NCBI GenBank assembly: GCA_965205015.1
Contig: OZ242029.1
Coordinates: 3,040,001 to 3,104,000 of the forward strand
Direction of reading: 5' to 3'
DNA: 64,000 nucleotides
Source of the DNA: Candidatus Poribacteria bacterium
GTDB taxonomy: Bacteria > Poribacteria > WGA-4E > WGA-3G
A model generated the notes under the pieces. The model saw only the letters and a program-made list of their open reading frames with translations. It was not told the DNA's origin and ran no database searches. This document shows positions 29,640 through 38,600 of this stretch, one piece after another (positions within the stretch are counted from its first letter, which is position 1; every line of letters starts with the position of its first letter). The position numbers and the translations under genes are program-made.

Positions 29640-29700
29640 TAGTTATCGGTTTTCAGCAGTCAGTCGGATTTTTTTACAAAAAACCCTTTATTGATAACCA
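29640..29700. repeat. Degenerate heptamer-repeat element
   Basis: AGTTATCGGTTTTCAGCAGTCAG...TTGATAACC. Confidence 0.55.
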
Positions 29701-29702
29701 TC

Positions 29703-30920
29703 TCACGACGAGGTTTCTGACTTTAACTCGGCGACGTTCCGGCGGATTTTAATCGCCGCCTTAATAATATCCTCTATATCCTCTTCACTCGCCATCAACA
29801 CGTTTTGACTTAAGGAAAGACCTGTTTGGCATATCTTTTCAGTTTCGGGACACTGCACATCGTCATAATTGAGATTTTGACCGAAAAGGTTAGAGGCGAG
29901 AAAGGATGCCCGGTACATAGGCGTCGTATACCAATATCCCATCGGTATCCCTTCGGCGCGCATTGCCTGGAGAAACGTCTCCCGTGAGATGCCTTCAAAT
30001 TCCTCCGAATCAAAGATCGCCTTATAGCCGTGGCATCCGCCGCGCGTGGCACGCGGGTCGAGCGGTGTGACTATGATGCCCGGGATCTCGCCGAGCCAAC
30101 CATCTAACCATCGCATGTTCTTATGCCGATAGTTGGTTTCCGCTTCGAGTCGAGTCAAACGGGAAAGGAGTAATCCTGCCTGCCACTCCGTCATTCGGAA
30201 GTTCCCGCCAAAGGGTTCCGCCTCTCCAAACTCGGCATCGGGTAGCGTGCGCCCACAATTGTGCAATGCCCATGCCCGTTCGTAGAGTTCCCGATCATTT
30301 ACAAGGACGATGCCGCCTTCGCCAGCACATAGGTTCTTAGATGATTGGAAACTGAAGCATCCGAAATGTCCCCAACTGCCGACCCCTCGTCCGCGCCATT
30401 CCGCGCCGTGCGCCTGCGCGCAATCCTCGACAATCCCCAGGTTATGCCGATTCGCGATGTCAATCAGCGCGTCCATATCTGCGGGATAGCCGGCGATATG
30501 AACCGGTAAAATGACTTTCGTTTTCTCGGTTATAGCGGCTTCAACCTTTGAAGGATCCAACAGGAAGCTGTCCGGGGCAGTATCTACAAAGACCGGGGTG
30601 GCGTGGGTCATTAAAATCGCGACGACTGTGGCTTGGAAAGTATAGGGTGTGGTGATAACTTCATCGCCTGGGCAAACGCCAGCGGCTTTCAGGGCGATAT
30701 AGAGTGCCGAGGTGCCGCTATTGACGCAAACGCCATAGGTCGCACTTTGGAATTCAGCGAACTGTTGTGCAAACTCAGGAACTTTCGGTCCACCGACCCC
30801 CCATTGTCCACTCCTATAAATGGTTTCAAATGCTTCAAGGTCTGCTGGATCAAACGTGGGCCATGCAGGGAATCCAGCGGTTCGGACAGGTTCGCCTCCG
30901 TTTATTGCTAATGTTGCCAT
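29703..30920 (-). CDS. DegT/DnrJ/EryC1/StrS PLP aminotransferase
   Basis: NSGTSAL, EDCAQAHG, FSFQSSKNL and GEGG motifs. Confidence 0.92.
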   Translation of the reverse strand: MATLAINGGEPVRTAGFPAWPTFDPADLEAFETIYRSGQWGVGGPKVPEFAQQFAEFQSATYGVCVNSGTSALYIALKAAGVCPGDEVITTPYTFQATVVAILMTHATPVFVDTAPDSFLLDPSKVEAAITEKTKVILPVHIAGYPADMDALIDIANRHNLGIVEDCAQAHGAEWRGRGVGSWGHFGCFSFQSSKNLCAGEGGIVLVNDRELYERAWALHNCGRTLPDAEFGEAEPFGGNFRMTEWQAGLLLSRLTRLEAETNYRHKNMRWLDGWLGEIPGIIVTPLDPRATRGGCHGYKAIFDSEEFEGISRETFLQAMRAEGIPMGYWYTTPMYRASFLASNLFGQNLNYDDVQCPETEKICQTGLSLSQNVLMASEEDIEDIIKAAIKIRRNVAELKSETSS

Positions 30921-30942
30921 CTCTTCATCCCCCTTCGGTTTC

Positions 30943-31497
30943 CTAAGGTAATTTCTCTATGTAATCCTGCAAATCTGGGAATCCCGTTCTATGAATTATT
31001 TCCTGTAAGCGGTGCTCCACATGTCCAGACTCGACTTCAGCGATCAATGCCTTTAGGACTTCCAGTGCTTTTCTTTCCAATTCAGCGTCAATCACACCCT
31101 TCTGGACTGCTTCTTCAAATTCGTCTTCGTCCTGAATTTCGTAGGTGCCATCAGGATTTATCCAAAGGTCTAGGAACAGATCCGTTATTTCGAAACGATT
31201 CAGTTTCCCGTTTGCATCCACGCTCCGTTTGACGGGTTTCAGCACATCACAGTAATAGCCGGTCCACTCGTTTTCCAGATTATAGACCTTGCCGACATCA
31301 TACCATAAACCTGTAAATACAAACCAGATTGCGGCGAAGTTATCTCCTAAAACCGTCTCACCGTTCTGAACTATGGGTGAGGACGGTTTAACGCGTTGAG
31401 ACGTAACAATAACCGCGTCGTCGAGGTAAAGTAATTCTTGTTGAAAGTGGTTGACTCGATTGGGGGGTCTTTTATAGGTAAGTGTTACTGTTTCCAT
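30943..31497 (-). CDS. DUF402 domain protein
   Basis: GYYCDV...DLFLDLW...DEDEFEEA motifs. Confidence 0.8.
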   Translation of the reverse strand: METVTLTYKRPPNRVNHFQQELLYLDDAVIVTSQRVKPSSPIVQNGETVLGDNFAAIWFVFTGLWYDVGKVYNLENEWTGYYCDVLKPVKRSVDANGKLNRFEITDLFLDLWINPDGTYEIQDEDEFEEAVQKGVIDAELERKALEVLKALIAEVESGHVEHRLQEIIHRTGFPDLQDYIEKLP

Positions 31498-31584
31498 TCT
31501 TTAATTTTACCTTGCGGATAAGTGACGAGATTTGTGCTTTGACGGTTGTCGTGTTCGAGCCGCCCTCCACTTCGTTACGGGCTG
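31498..31584. repeat. ~85-bp dispersed element, copy 3
   Basis: TTTAATTTTACCTTGCGG-N46-CCTCCACTTCGTTACGGGCT. Confidence 0.8.
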
Positions 31585-31693
31585 CGTACTTGTTTCACTT
31601 CTGTCCACCGAAATCCTCAAACCTTGTCACGACGTCACCAAAAACTCGCAAGGACAACGGACGCAGCAGTTCAGTAGCAATAAATTAAACAGT

Positions 31694-32677
31694 TTATGTT
31701 GAACGATACGACGCGATTGCCTCACGGAAGGCTTTAATGTGTGTCGGTGTCGTCCCACAACACCCACCTATTAAGTAAGCCCCTGCCTCTATGAGTGTCG
31801 GAACATGGCTTGCCATCTCTGTTGGGGTCTGCGTATAGACGGTTTCGTGGTTTTCATCGAGTTTCGGCATGCCAGCGTTGGGATATGCCATCGTCCGTTT
31901 ACCCTCAATGCCTGCTTCGATGAGTGCCGAGTGCAACTGCTGAGTCCCAGCAATCGCATAAGGCATCCCGGTATGTTCATCACGTCTGGATTCGGCACCG
32001 CAGTTCACACCGATGATACTCACGGATTCCAACAGCGAATCTCCTCCTGAAAATTCGCTGTTCATGAGAATCTCGATTAGATCCGCGGGAGAATTTCCCC
32101 AATCGGTTCGGTAGATCACCTTACCGGTACGTCGTTCCTTGGTCCATTTGTAAGTCAGGTTCACCGCAATAGGGATTCCTGTCTCGCGGGCAACATCCAC
32201 AGCGAGCGCCGCTTCTTTCGCGGAAAACATCGTTTCCAAGCAGAGGAAATCCACGCCTTCTTCTGCGAGGGTGTGGATGACTAATTTGTGCGCCTCCCTC
32301 GCATCGGCATTTGGGATGCCGAAGGTGGTATCGCCGCTATCGGCTTCAATCGCGCCGGGAGAGGGTCCCACAGAACCAGCGATGTAGACATCTTTTCCGC
32401 TCTGTGCAACAGCCATTTTTGCGTGTTGGACAGCGAGGCGTATCAGCCGTTTCGCATCGGATAGGTCTTGTCCTGCCATTTCCAAGTGGAGTGGAGATGC
32501 TACGAACGTGTTTGTCCCAATCACCTCGGCACCTGCATTAATATAATCCGAATGGATGTCAGTAACAGCCGTGGGATGTAGATCATTGGCGAGTGCACTG
32601 TTCGCGAGTTCTATACTTCGCGCGAACAACTGTGAACCGAACCCACCGTCGTATAAAATCGGTTCATCCGACGTCAA
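31694..32677 (-). CDS. Homocysteine S-methyltransferase family protein (stand-alone MetH N-terminal domain)
   Basis: YDGGFGS, TNTF, GVNCG, YPNAG and IGGCCGTTP Zn motifs; start codon uncertain. Confidence 0.9.
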   Translation of the reverse strand: MTSDEPILYDGGFGSQLFARSIELANSALANDLHPTAVTDIHSDYINAGAEVIGTNTFVASPLHLEMAGQDLSDAKRLIRLAVQHAKMAVAQSGKDVYIAGSVGPSPGAIEADSGDTTFGIPNADAREAHKLVIHTLAEEGVDFLCLETMFSAKEAALAVDVARETGIPIAVNLTYKWTKERRTGKVIYRTDWGNSPADLIEILMNSEFSGGDSLLESVSIIGVNCGAESRRDEHTGMPYAIAGTQQLHSALIEAGIEGKRTMAYPNAGMPKLDENHETVYTQTPTEMASHVPTLIEAGAYLIGGCCGTTPTHIKAFREAIASYRST

Positions 32678-32691
32678 ACGTTCTTGAAAGC

Positions 32692-32778
32692 TTTTAATTT
32701 TACCTTGCGGAGGAACGCCGAGCGTTAGGACTTTAACGTGCGTTCCTTAAATCCGCCCTCCATTACATTACGGGCTAC
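32692..32778. repeat. ~85-bp dispersed element, copy 4
   Basis: TTTTAATTTTACCTTGCGG-N46-CCTCCATTACATTACGGGCTAC. Confidence 0.8.
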
Positions 32779-32900
32779 GTTCTTTGGATCAAGTAAACTC
32801 AGGTTTGAATTGACTTCCTTTGGAATCGCTATTTCGTAGTATGGTTTCCTGTTAGGCTGTGTCACTGCTCCGTTCGGATAGGAGAACCCAGTACCTACCG

Positions 32901-34799
32901 TTACAACGTTTCAGGCATCGGTTTGAATTGACAGCCTTCCACGAATACGTCAAAGAAATCCGGTGTCGTTTCCAATTCAATATGTTCAATATTGTTGACG
33001 AACGCTTCAATATCGGCGCGTTTTTTCTCAGAAAGCAGAACAGCTGTCGCACCTGCTACCGCGGCGTTGCCGATCTTGACGACATTCGCTTCTGGAACGG
33101 GTGCGAGAAATCCGATTTCAATCGCGTCCTGTAGGTTAACATAATTGGCAAATCCGCCAGCTAAAAAGAGTTTTGTGATGTCTTTTGGGACACAGCCGAA
33201 GTGCCGTAGAACAATGTATTGTCCGCAGTAGTTTGCCGCCTTTGCTTGCGCCAAATTGCTTGCATCCTCACGTGAAAAGGTGATACCGTGCTCCGGCAAA
33301 AGCGACATAACACGTTGTTTTCTATCTGCAAAAACGCCTTTCGGACTCATCTGATTATGCCGCCGTAGCTCAGCGAGGAGTGAAATCAGTCCAGAACCGC
33401 ATAACCCCTGTGGTGTCTCACCATCAATTGTTTCATAATTGAACCGACCTTCGTTCCATTTCACGGACTCAATAGCCCCCGGGTAAGCGGGCATTCCGTA
33501 TTCAATGCCGCCCCCCTCAAATGCGGGACCCGCCGGACATGACGCAGCGACCATCCGTTCCGCATTTCCGACAACGACCTCTGTATTTGTCCCGACATCC
33601 ACCAACATAATCACCTCATCCAGCACAGGAATATCGATCGAGACCAAATCCGCCGCAACATCTGCCCCGACATGGCTGGCAATCAACGGTAAGCTGTAGA
33701 CCATCGCTTTCGGGTTCGCACGGATACCCAAGCGCCGCACTTTTTCAATGAGAGAGGTAGTTGAACGGGTCCCCTCCCGATACGCGTGTTCAATCCGTGA
33801 TTTATACGGCTTTTGCCCAATGCTCTGAACATCCTGTTTGAAGAAGATGTCACGCATTGTTGTGTTACCCGCAACGACGATTTCATAAATCTCCTGGCGG
33901 ACGAAGTTATGGCGTTCACACATCTCCATGATTTCACTGTTTAATGCGGCAATCAGCGAACGGCGCAGTTCACCCTGAAATTCACCATCGTAGGAGATGC
34001 GGTTCATGATATCGCTGCCCCCGAAACGCTGTGGATTTTCAAAGGAACTGACAGAAACTGTTTGCCCGTTCTCTAAATCCACCAGATTCGCTACCACTGT
34101 CGTTGTTCCGATGTCTAAAGCGAGTCCATAGAGGTGTCCGCGGTAGCGGTCAATCGGTTCGTCATTGTAATAGACAACCCCATCGTGATGGGTAACGCGT
34201 GGATCTAATTGGGATCCATCATTATCCTGTGTGACGGCATGCGTCAGGATCCGTGGTGCGCGTCGAAGGGGTGCGAACTCGATGTCCGCGTCAATATCAA
34301 GAACAATGGCTTGGCAGGCGAGACGATAGTTATCTCGAAGGAAGGCTTCTGCTTCATTTGGGGGACGGAGGCTGTCCATACCCCGTTTAATCTCAACGAT
34401 ACATTCGTGGCACTGCCCGGTTCGGAAACAGGAGGTGGGGACTTGGACGGTTAAATCGTCTGCGTAGTCAAAAACGGTTTTCCCAGGCGTGAGCTGCTGT
34501 GCCTGCCCGTCGCACGTAATTGTGCCGGTGCTGTGTGTTTCTGCTGTTTGATCGGGAGCGTCAGTCTCCCATGCGCTGCGGTAGTCTAACTTATCGTCCC
34601 CAACGCACAAAAGTCCGGTCCCTTCATCAATCTTTCGCTGGTTTCGGCAACCGAACTTCGCAGTGCATTGGTCAAAGCGATTTTTGTAAGGGCACCGATA
34701 TGTCGCTTGTTCATCCGCGTGGACAACCAGTCCTTCAAAAATTTCTGTAATTTTACTGAGGCGTTTCTCGTATTCGGCTTTGTCTATCTTCTTTACCAC
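32901..34799 (-). CDS. ASKHA-domain corrinoid reductive activator (RACo/RamA-like, DUF4445) with 2Fe-2S domain
   Basis: C...GQCHEC...RLACQ, DIGTTT, DVGTNTE, PAGPAFEG, CGSG and GNAA motifs. Confidence 0.88.
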   Translation of the reverse strand: MVKKIDKAEYEKRLSKITEIFEGLVVHADEQATYRCPYKNRFDQCTAKFGCRNQRKIDEGTGLLCVGDDKLDYRSAWETDAPDQTAETHSTGTITCDGQAQQLTPGKTVFDYADDLTVQVPTSCFRTGQCHECIVEIKRGMDSLRPPNEAEAFLRDNYRLACQAIVLDIDADIEFAPLRRAPRILTHAVTQDNDGSQLDPRVTHHDGVVYYNDEPIDRYRGHLYGLALDIGTTTVVANLVDLENGQTVSVSSFENPQRFGGSDIMNRISYDGEFQGELRRSLIAALNSEIMEMCERHNFVRQEIYEIVVAGNTTMRDIFFKQDVQSIGQKPYKSRIEHAYREGTRSTTSLIEKVRRLGIRANPKAMVYSLPLIASHVGADVAADLVSIDIPVLDEVIMLVDVGTNTEVVVGNAERMVAASCPAGPAFEGGGIEYGMPAYPGAIESVKWNEGRFNYETIDGETPQGLCGSGLISLLAELRRHNQMSPKGVFADRKQRVMSLLPEHGITFSREDASNLAQAKAANYCGQYIVLRHFGCVPKDITKLFLAGGFANYVNLQDAIEIGFLAPVPEANVVKIGNAAVAGATAVLLSEKKRADIEAFVNNIEHIELETTPDFFDVFVEGCQFKPMPETL

Positions 34800-35551
34800 T
34801 CTTCGTCGGTCTCCTCAAGGAATTGCTTAGCAAGTGCGACACATGCCAGCGCGTCTTTGCCATACCCATCAGCCCCCATATCATCGGCGAAGGTCTGTGT
34901 AACTGGGGCACCGCCTACCATAATCTTGACTTCTTCCCGCAAGTCCTCGTCAATAAAAGCATCGATTGTCTTCCCCATGTTCGGCATCGTCGTTGTTAGG
35001 AGTGCCGACATTCCGAGGATCGGTGCTTCGTATTCGTCAACGGCGTCGATGAACTCGTCCTCAGAGGTATCGACGCCTAAATCGTGGACGACAAAACCTG
35101 CGCCCCGCAACATCATGATGCACAAATTCTTGCCAATGTCGTGTAGGTCGCCCTTGACGGTTCCCATAATCACTGTCCCGACGGGTTCTATACCCGAATC
35201 CGAAAGGATCGGTTCGATATGCGCCATTCCTGCCTTCATTGCACGGGCGCATGCCAAGACTTCTGGCACGAAGATGAAGTTTTCCCGGAACTTGATGCCG
35301 ACGATCCCCATCCCGGCGATGAGTCCATCGTCCATAATTTCTAATGCTTCTGTGCCTTCTTCCAGCGCGGTTTGCGTCAATTCATCAACGGTGTGATGAT
35401 CGCCATCAATAAGCGCAGCGGCGATGTCCTGCATTGCGGGTGCTGCCTGCGCGAACGTCTCAACGGTACGTGTTATCTCGTCGGGTTCTTCCAGGAATTC
35501 TTCGATCTCTTCCCGGATAAATTCGTTTGCGATGTCATTAATTGATGCCAC
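34793..35551 (-). CDS. Corrinoid (B12-binding) protein
   Basis: FVPEVL cap domain, GDLHDIGKN, SALLTTT and MVGGAP motifs; GTG at 35551 after GGAGG. Confidence 0.9.
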   Translation of the reverse strand: MASINDIANEFIREEIEEFLEEPDEITRTVETFAQAAPAMQDIAAALIDGDHHTVDELTQTALEEGTEALEIMDDGLIAGMGIVGIKFRENFIFVPEVLACARAMKAGMAHIEPILSDSGIEPVGTVIMGTVKGDLHDIGKNLCIMMLRGAGFVVHDLGVDTSEDEFIDAVDEYEAPILGMSALLTTTMPNMGKTIDAFIDEDLREEVKIMVGGAPVTQTFADDMGADGYGKDALACVALAKQFLEETDEEW

Positions 35552-35710
35552 GAGTTTTAAAGTCCTCCTCAAAGATACAATAATACCACACCCCTGAGAA
35601 AATAGCAAATGAATTTTAGATTTTGTATCATCAAGAAAGCCACTGACTGAATTAGCCACTGGCTTTCCTATCTTCCGAGTACTACATAGGTTTAAATTGT
35701 TGTCACACTA

Positions 35711-36033
35711 TAGGACTTACGCAGGTTGCTCTTTTGTAGCATAGACTGTTAGTCTGTGCATCTGCAGCAGACGCGAGGCACACATCATAAACTCAAACTC
35801 GCAGCAGCACTGTTGCTTTATCCAGTTTCAAATTGTAGTGAATTCCGAAAATCAGAGGACATATTTTGTAGCACAAACTTTTAGTTTGTGGCATTCTGAA
35901 GGACGCTGATAGGCGTTGTGAACTGTTTGAGAATGTCCAGTTAATTCTAAAATCTATTATAAAGGTAAACTGGTTCGTAGTAGCGCAATTCATTGCGCAT
36001 TCGGGACGTGCGATAAATCGCACGACTACGAAC
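35711..36033. repeat. Stack of MITE ends and REP hairpins
   Basis: TAGGACTTACGCA at 35711; GTAGCA..ACT.TTAGT.TGTG at 35736 and 35868; MITE-like 35833-35962; inverted REP pair 35975-36033. Confidence 0.7.
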
Positions 36034-36057
36034 CAACTTGTTTGTAGTTACCGAAAT

Positions 36058-36283
36058 ATGTGGGCAGGTACAAGACCTGCCCCTACAATGCGGGCAGGTA
36101 CAAGCGGGCAGGTACAAGACCTGCCTCTACAATGTGGGTAGGCAGAAGACCTGTTCCTACAATGTGGGCAGGTACAAGCGGGCAGGTACAAGACCTGCCC
36201 CTACAATGTGGGCAGGTCCTACAATGCGGGCAGGTACAAGACCTGCCCCTACAATGTGGGCAGGTCCAAGACCTGCCCCTACA
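36058..36283 (-). repeat. Tandem array of a 30-bp GTAG REP
   Basis: Six full and three partial copies of TGTAGGGGCAGGTCTTGTACCTGCCC(A/G)CAT with no spacers. Confidence 0.9.
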
Positions 36284-36297
36284 TTGTATCAAAGCGT

Positions 36298-37446
36298 CTA
36301 ATTTTTCTCTCGATACTCTTGCAAAAGGGTATTGATCTTGTCGAGGAACGCTTGTGAGTAGATCTCGCCGACGAGTGCTTTGTGGGTTTCTGCAGCGATA
36401 GCATCCCACGCTTCCCGGGCATCGTCCTCGAATTCAACGACTTGAATACCCGCCTTCTTTTGGAGTGCCTCAAGTGCCCTTTCGTTATCCTTGCGAATAT
36501 TCTGAATTAACTCGCCCTGATGCGCGTCCGCAACTTCACGCAAAACTTGCTGCTGCTCCGAGGAAAGTTCATCAAACTTTTCCTTTGTTATGACTGTTGC
36601 ACCGACACCGACACTGACGGGAAGGTTCGTCATATATTTGAATTTATCGTGCCATTGCAGCGCGACGGTGACATAAGGAGACGCAGCTAGCGTGTTGATT
36701 TGCCCTGAGTAGAGTGAGGAGAGGACCTGTGTAACCTCTCTCGGCACAGTTGCGATCTCAGCGTTTTTGTAAAACGTCAGCCCAATTCTGTCAGTTGTCC
36801 GAGCCCACATCTTGATGTTTGGGGATTGAAGGTCGGCAATGGTGCGGATAGGTTCATTACTGAATATATAATAAAAGCCGATGTCTCCCATACCGAGTAG
36901 GACATATCCGGCATCCAGAAAGGCTTTGTCAAGATCTTCACGGAGGTAGTCGCGGACGTAGTCAAGTTCTTCGTAAGTCCTGAACATTCGAGGCAGTTGG
37001 AAAATCAGGACCTCTTCCTGTATTTCGCCGAGCCCCGTGGCGGTCATAGCCCCTGCGTGGATCAGGCCTGCGCGCATCTTGCGGATAACGTCAAGTTCGT
37101 CTCCCTGAACCCCATTCGGATAGATGCGAAGCCGAATTTCGCCGTCTGTTTTGGCGCGAATTTCTTTCCCCATCGCTTCAAAATTGTTCATCCATGTGGA
37201 ACCCTTTGGCGCGAGTGTTGCGAACTTAATAGATTCGGCATCGAGATGCGCTACGGGTAGACAGCACATTCCGAGAATAAGTAGAAACACGCTCGCGAAT
37301 TTAAAAAAGGAATCGGGGAAAAGTCCGGAATGGAAGAACGGATGGATGGAAGAACGGGGCCTCAATCTTCCACCCAACTTCCAACCTTCCAACCTTCCAA
37401 CTTTCCAACTTTCCATCCAATAGCCTGTTTTTTTGTTCTTCATCAT
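36298..37446 (-). CDS. dctP: TRAP transporter substrate-binding protein
   Basis: IKFATLAPKGSTW and GVQGDELDVIRKMRAG motifs; ATGA coupling to the TatT gene. Confidence 0.88.
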   Translation of the reverse strand: MMKNKKTGYWMESWKVGRLEGWKLGGRLRPRSSIHPFFHSGLFPDSFFKFASVFLLILGMCCLPVAHLDAESIKFATLAPKGSTWMNNFEAMGKEIRAKTDGEIRLRIYPNGVQGDELDVIRKMRAGLIHAGAMTATGLGEIQEEVLIFQLPRMFRTYEELDYVRDYLREDLDKAFLDAGYVLLGMGDIGFYYIFSNEPIRTIADLQSPNIKMWARTTDRIGLTFYKNAEIATVPREVTQVLSSLYSGQINTLAASPYVTVALQWHDKFKYMTNLPVSVGVGATVITKEKFDELSSEQQQVLREVADAHQGELIQNIRKDNERALEALQKKAGIQVVEFEDDAREAWDAIAAETHKALVGEIYSQAFLDKINTLLQEYREKN

Positions 37447-38351
37447 TCTGTGTCTCCTTCCTCCATTTCTGGATCAAAAAGGTCATCAACCTGGTTGAGC
37501 AGGCGTTTGGCACGCGATTTCGCCAAGGAAGTCGCGGCTTCCTCCCCAGGATAAATGTCCGATGGTGCGTCAAGGATTTCTTGTAACGCCTGCTTGAAAA
37601 GCGTCACATTCTGTTTCGGATAAGCATAGTAACGTGCGAGATAGAGTTTGCTCATCAGAAATTTGCCGTCATTGATTCGATCGACATGGGCGATGTGTTC
37701 CTTTGCCTTCTCTGGGTCTCCGCCGATTGAGATCGCCCGGTCGCCGTAATAAACCGTATAAAACAGATGCGCGCCCCCGAAGTAGAAGGTCTCGTCCAAT
37801 TCAAGCACACGTTGCATCATCAGTTCCACGCGAGCGAGATCAATGACCTGCATCGGGTCGTCCTTCTGAAGGCTAATGCCGCGTGCGATCGAATAGGCTG
37901 CCCAAAATAGCGGTTCGACCTCCTTCTTTTTCAATTTCTGAAGTGCTTTTTCAAAGGCAGCAACATCAACAGTTCTTGCCTCTTTGAAGGTTTCGTCAGA
38001 CTTTGCTAAAGCCTTAAGTGCGTATCCCTCAGAACGTATATAGTAATCGATCGCCCGCGCACGCATCTCGTCCGCGGTTTCATAGTCGCCCGCTATTTCA
38101 GCCTCTTCCATCTTATCCTCGATGAATCCAGCATAAGATGAATACGCGCGAGCCGTCTTAATAATGAGGTTTTTGTTCCCAATTTTAGATAGATTTTCAA
38201 GCGTGCCGATGTTCCCCTCAAGGGTGGCTTCTACTACAGCGAGGTCGCCTTCCCCTTGAATTCTTGCGAGTTTGGCAAGTCCGCATCCACCTAAGAGTAT
38301 CGGGAGGAACAGTAAAAGAGATATACGAAAGCAAATTTTGGGATATATCAT
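37443..38351 (-). CDS. TRAP transporter TatT component lipoprotein
   Basis: Lipobox LGGC; helical body; RVLELDETFYFGGAH...GGDPEKAK; adjacent to dctP. Confidence 0.8.
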   Translation of the reverse strand: MIYPKICFRISLLLFLPILLGGCGLAKLARIQGEGDLAVVEATLEGNIGTLENLSKIGNKNLIIKTARAYSSYAGFIEDKMEEAEIAGDYETADEMRARAIDYYIRSEGYALKALAKSDETFKEARTVDVAAFEKALQKLKKKEVEPLFWAAYSIARGISLQKDDPMQVIDLARVELMMQRVLELDETFYFGGAHLFYTVYYGDRAISIGGDPEKAKEHIAHVDRINDGKFLMSKLYLARYYAYPKQNVTLFKQALQEILDAPSDIYPGEEAATSLAKSRAKRLLNQVDDLFDPEMEEGDTE

Positions 38352-38385
38352 GGGTATTAAATTGACCTCCTTAGGGTTGTTAGTT

Positions 38386-38598
38386 TTATAGTAAGTCCCA
38401 CAATTACGTGGACACTGGGGCGAGGTTAGAAACCTCGCCAGCGGGATGCAGGATGGTGCTGCTACTCCCTGAGGTGTTAACTTATTTTTCGACTTTGCTA
38501 TAATAGGTATCGGTGCGGTTTTTCTCCGAAAAACCTTTCAGTTGTCAGTCGTCAGTGAAGACGCGCTGATAACCGATAACCGATAACTGATAACTATT
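38386..38598. mobile_element. MITE-like element (38386-38503) carrying a REP, followed by a heptamer palindrome
   Basis: TTATAGTAAG...CTTTGCTATAA ends with internal GGCGAGGTTAGAAACCTCGCC; then CAGTTGTCAGTCGTCAG...(CTGATAA/CCGATAA)n. Confidence 0.65.
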
Positions 38599-38600
38599 CC

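Noticed and set aside
35551-35720. Cobalamin or SAM riboswitch upstream of the corrinoid cluster
   Set aside because: No B12-box or SAM-I core motif is recognisable, and a promoter-like sequence lies close to the start
36058-36283. CRISPR array
   Set aside because: The 30-bp palindromic units are contiguous with no unique spacers, and there are no cas genes; it fits a tandem REP
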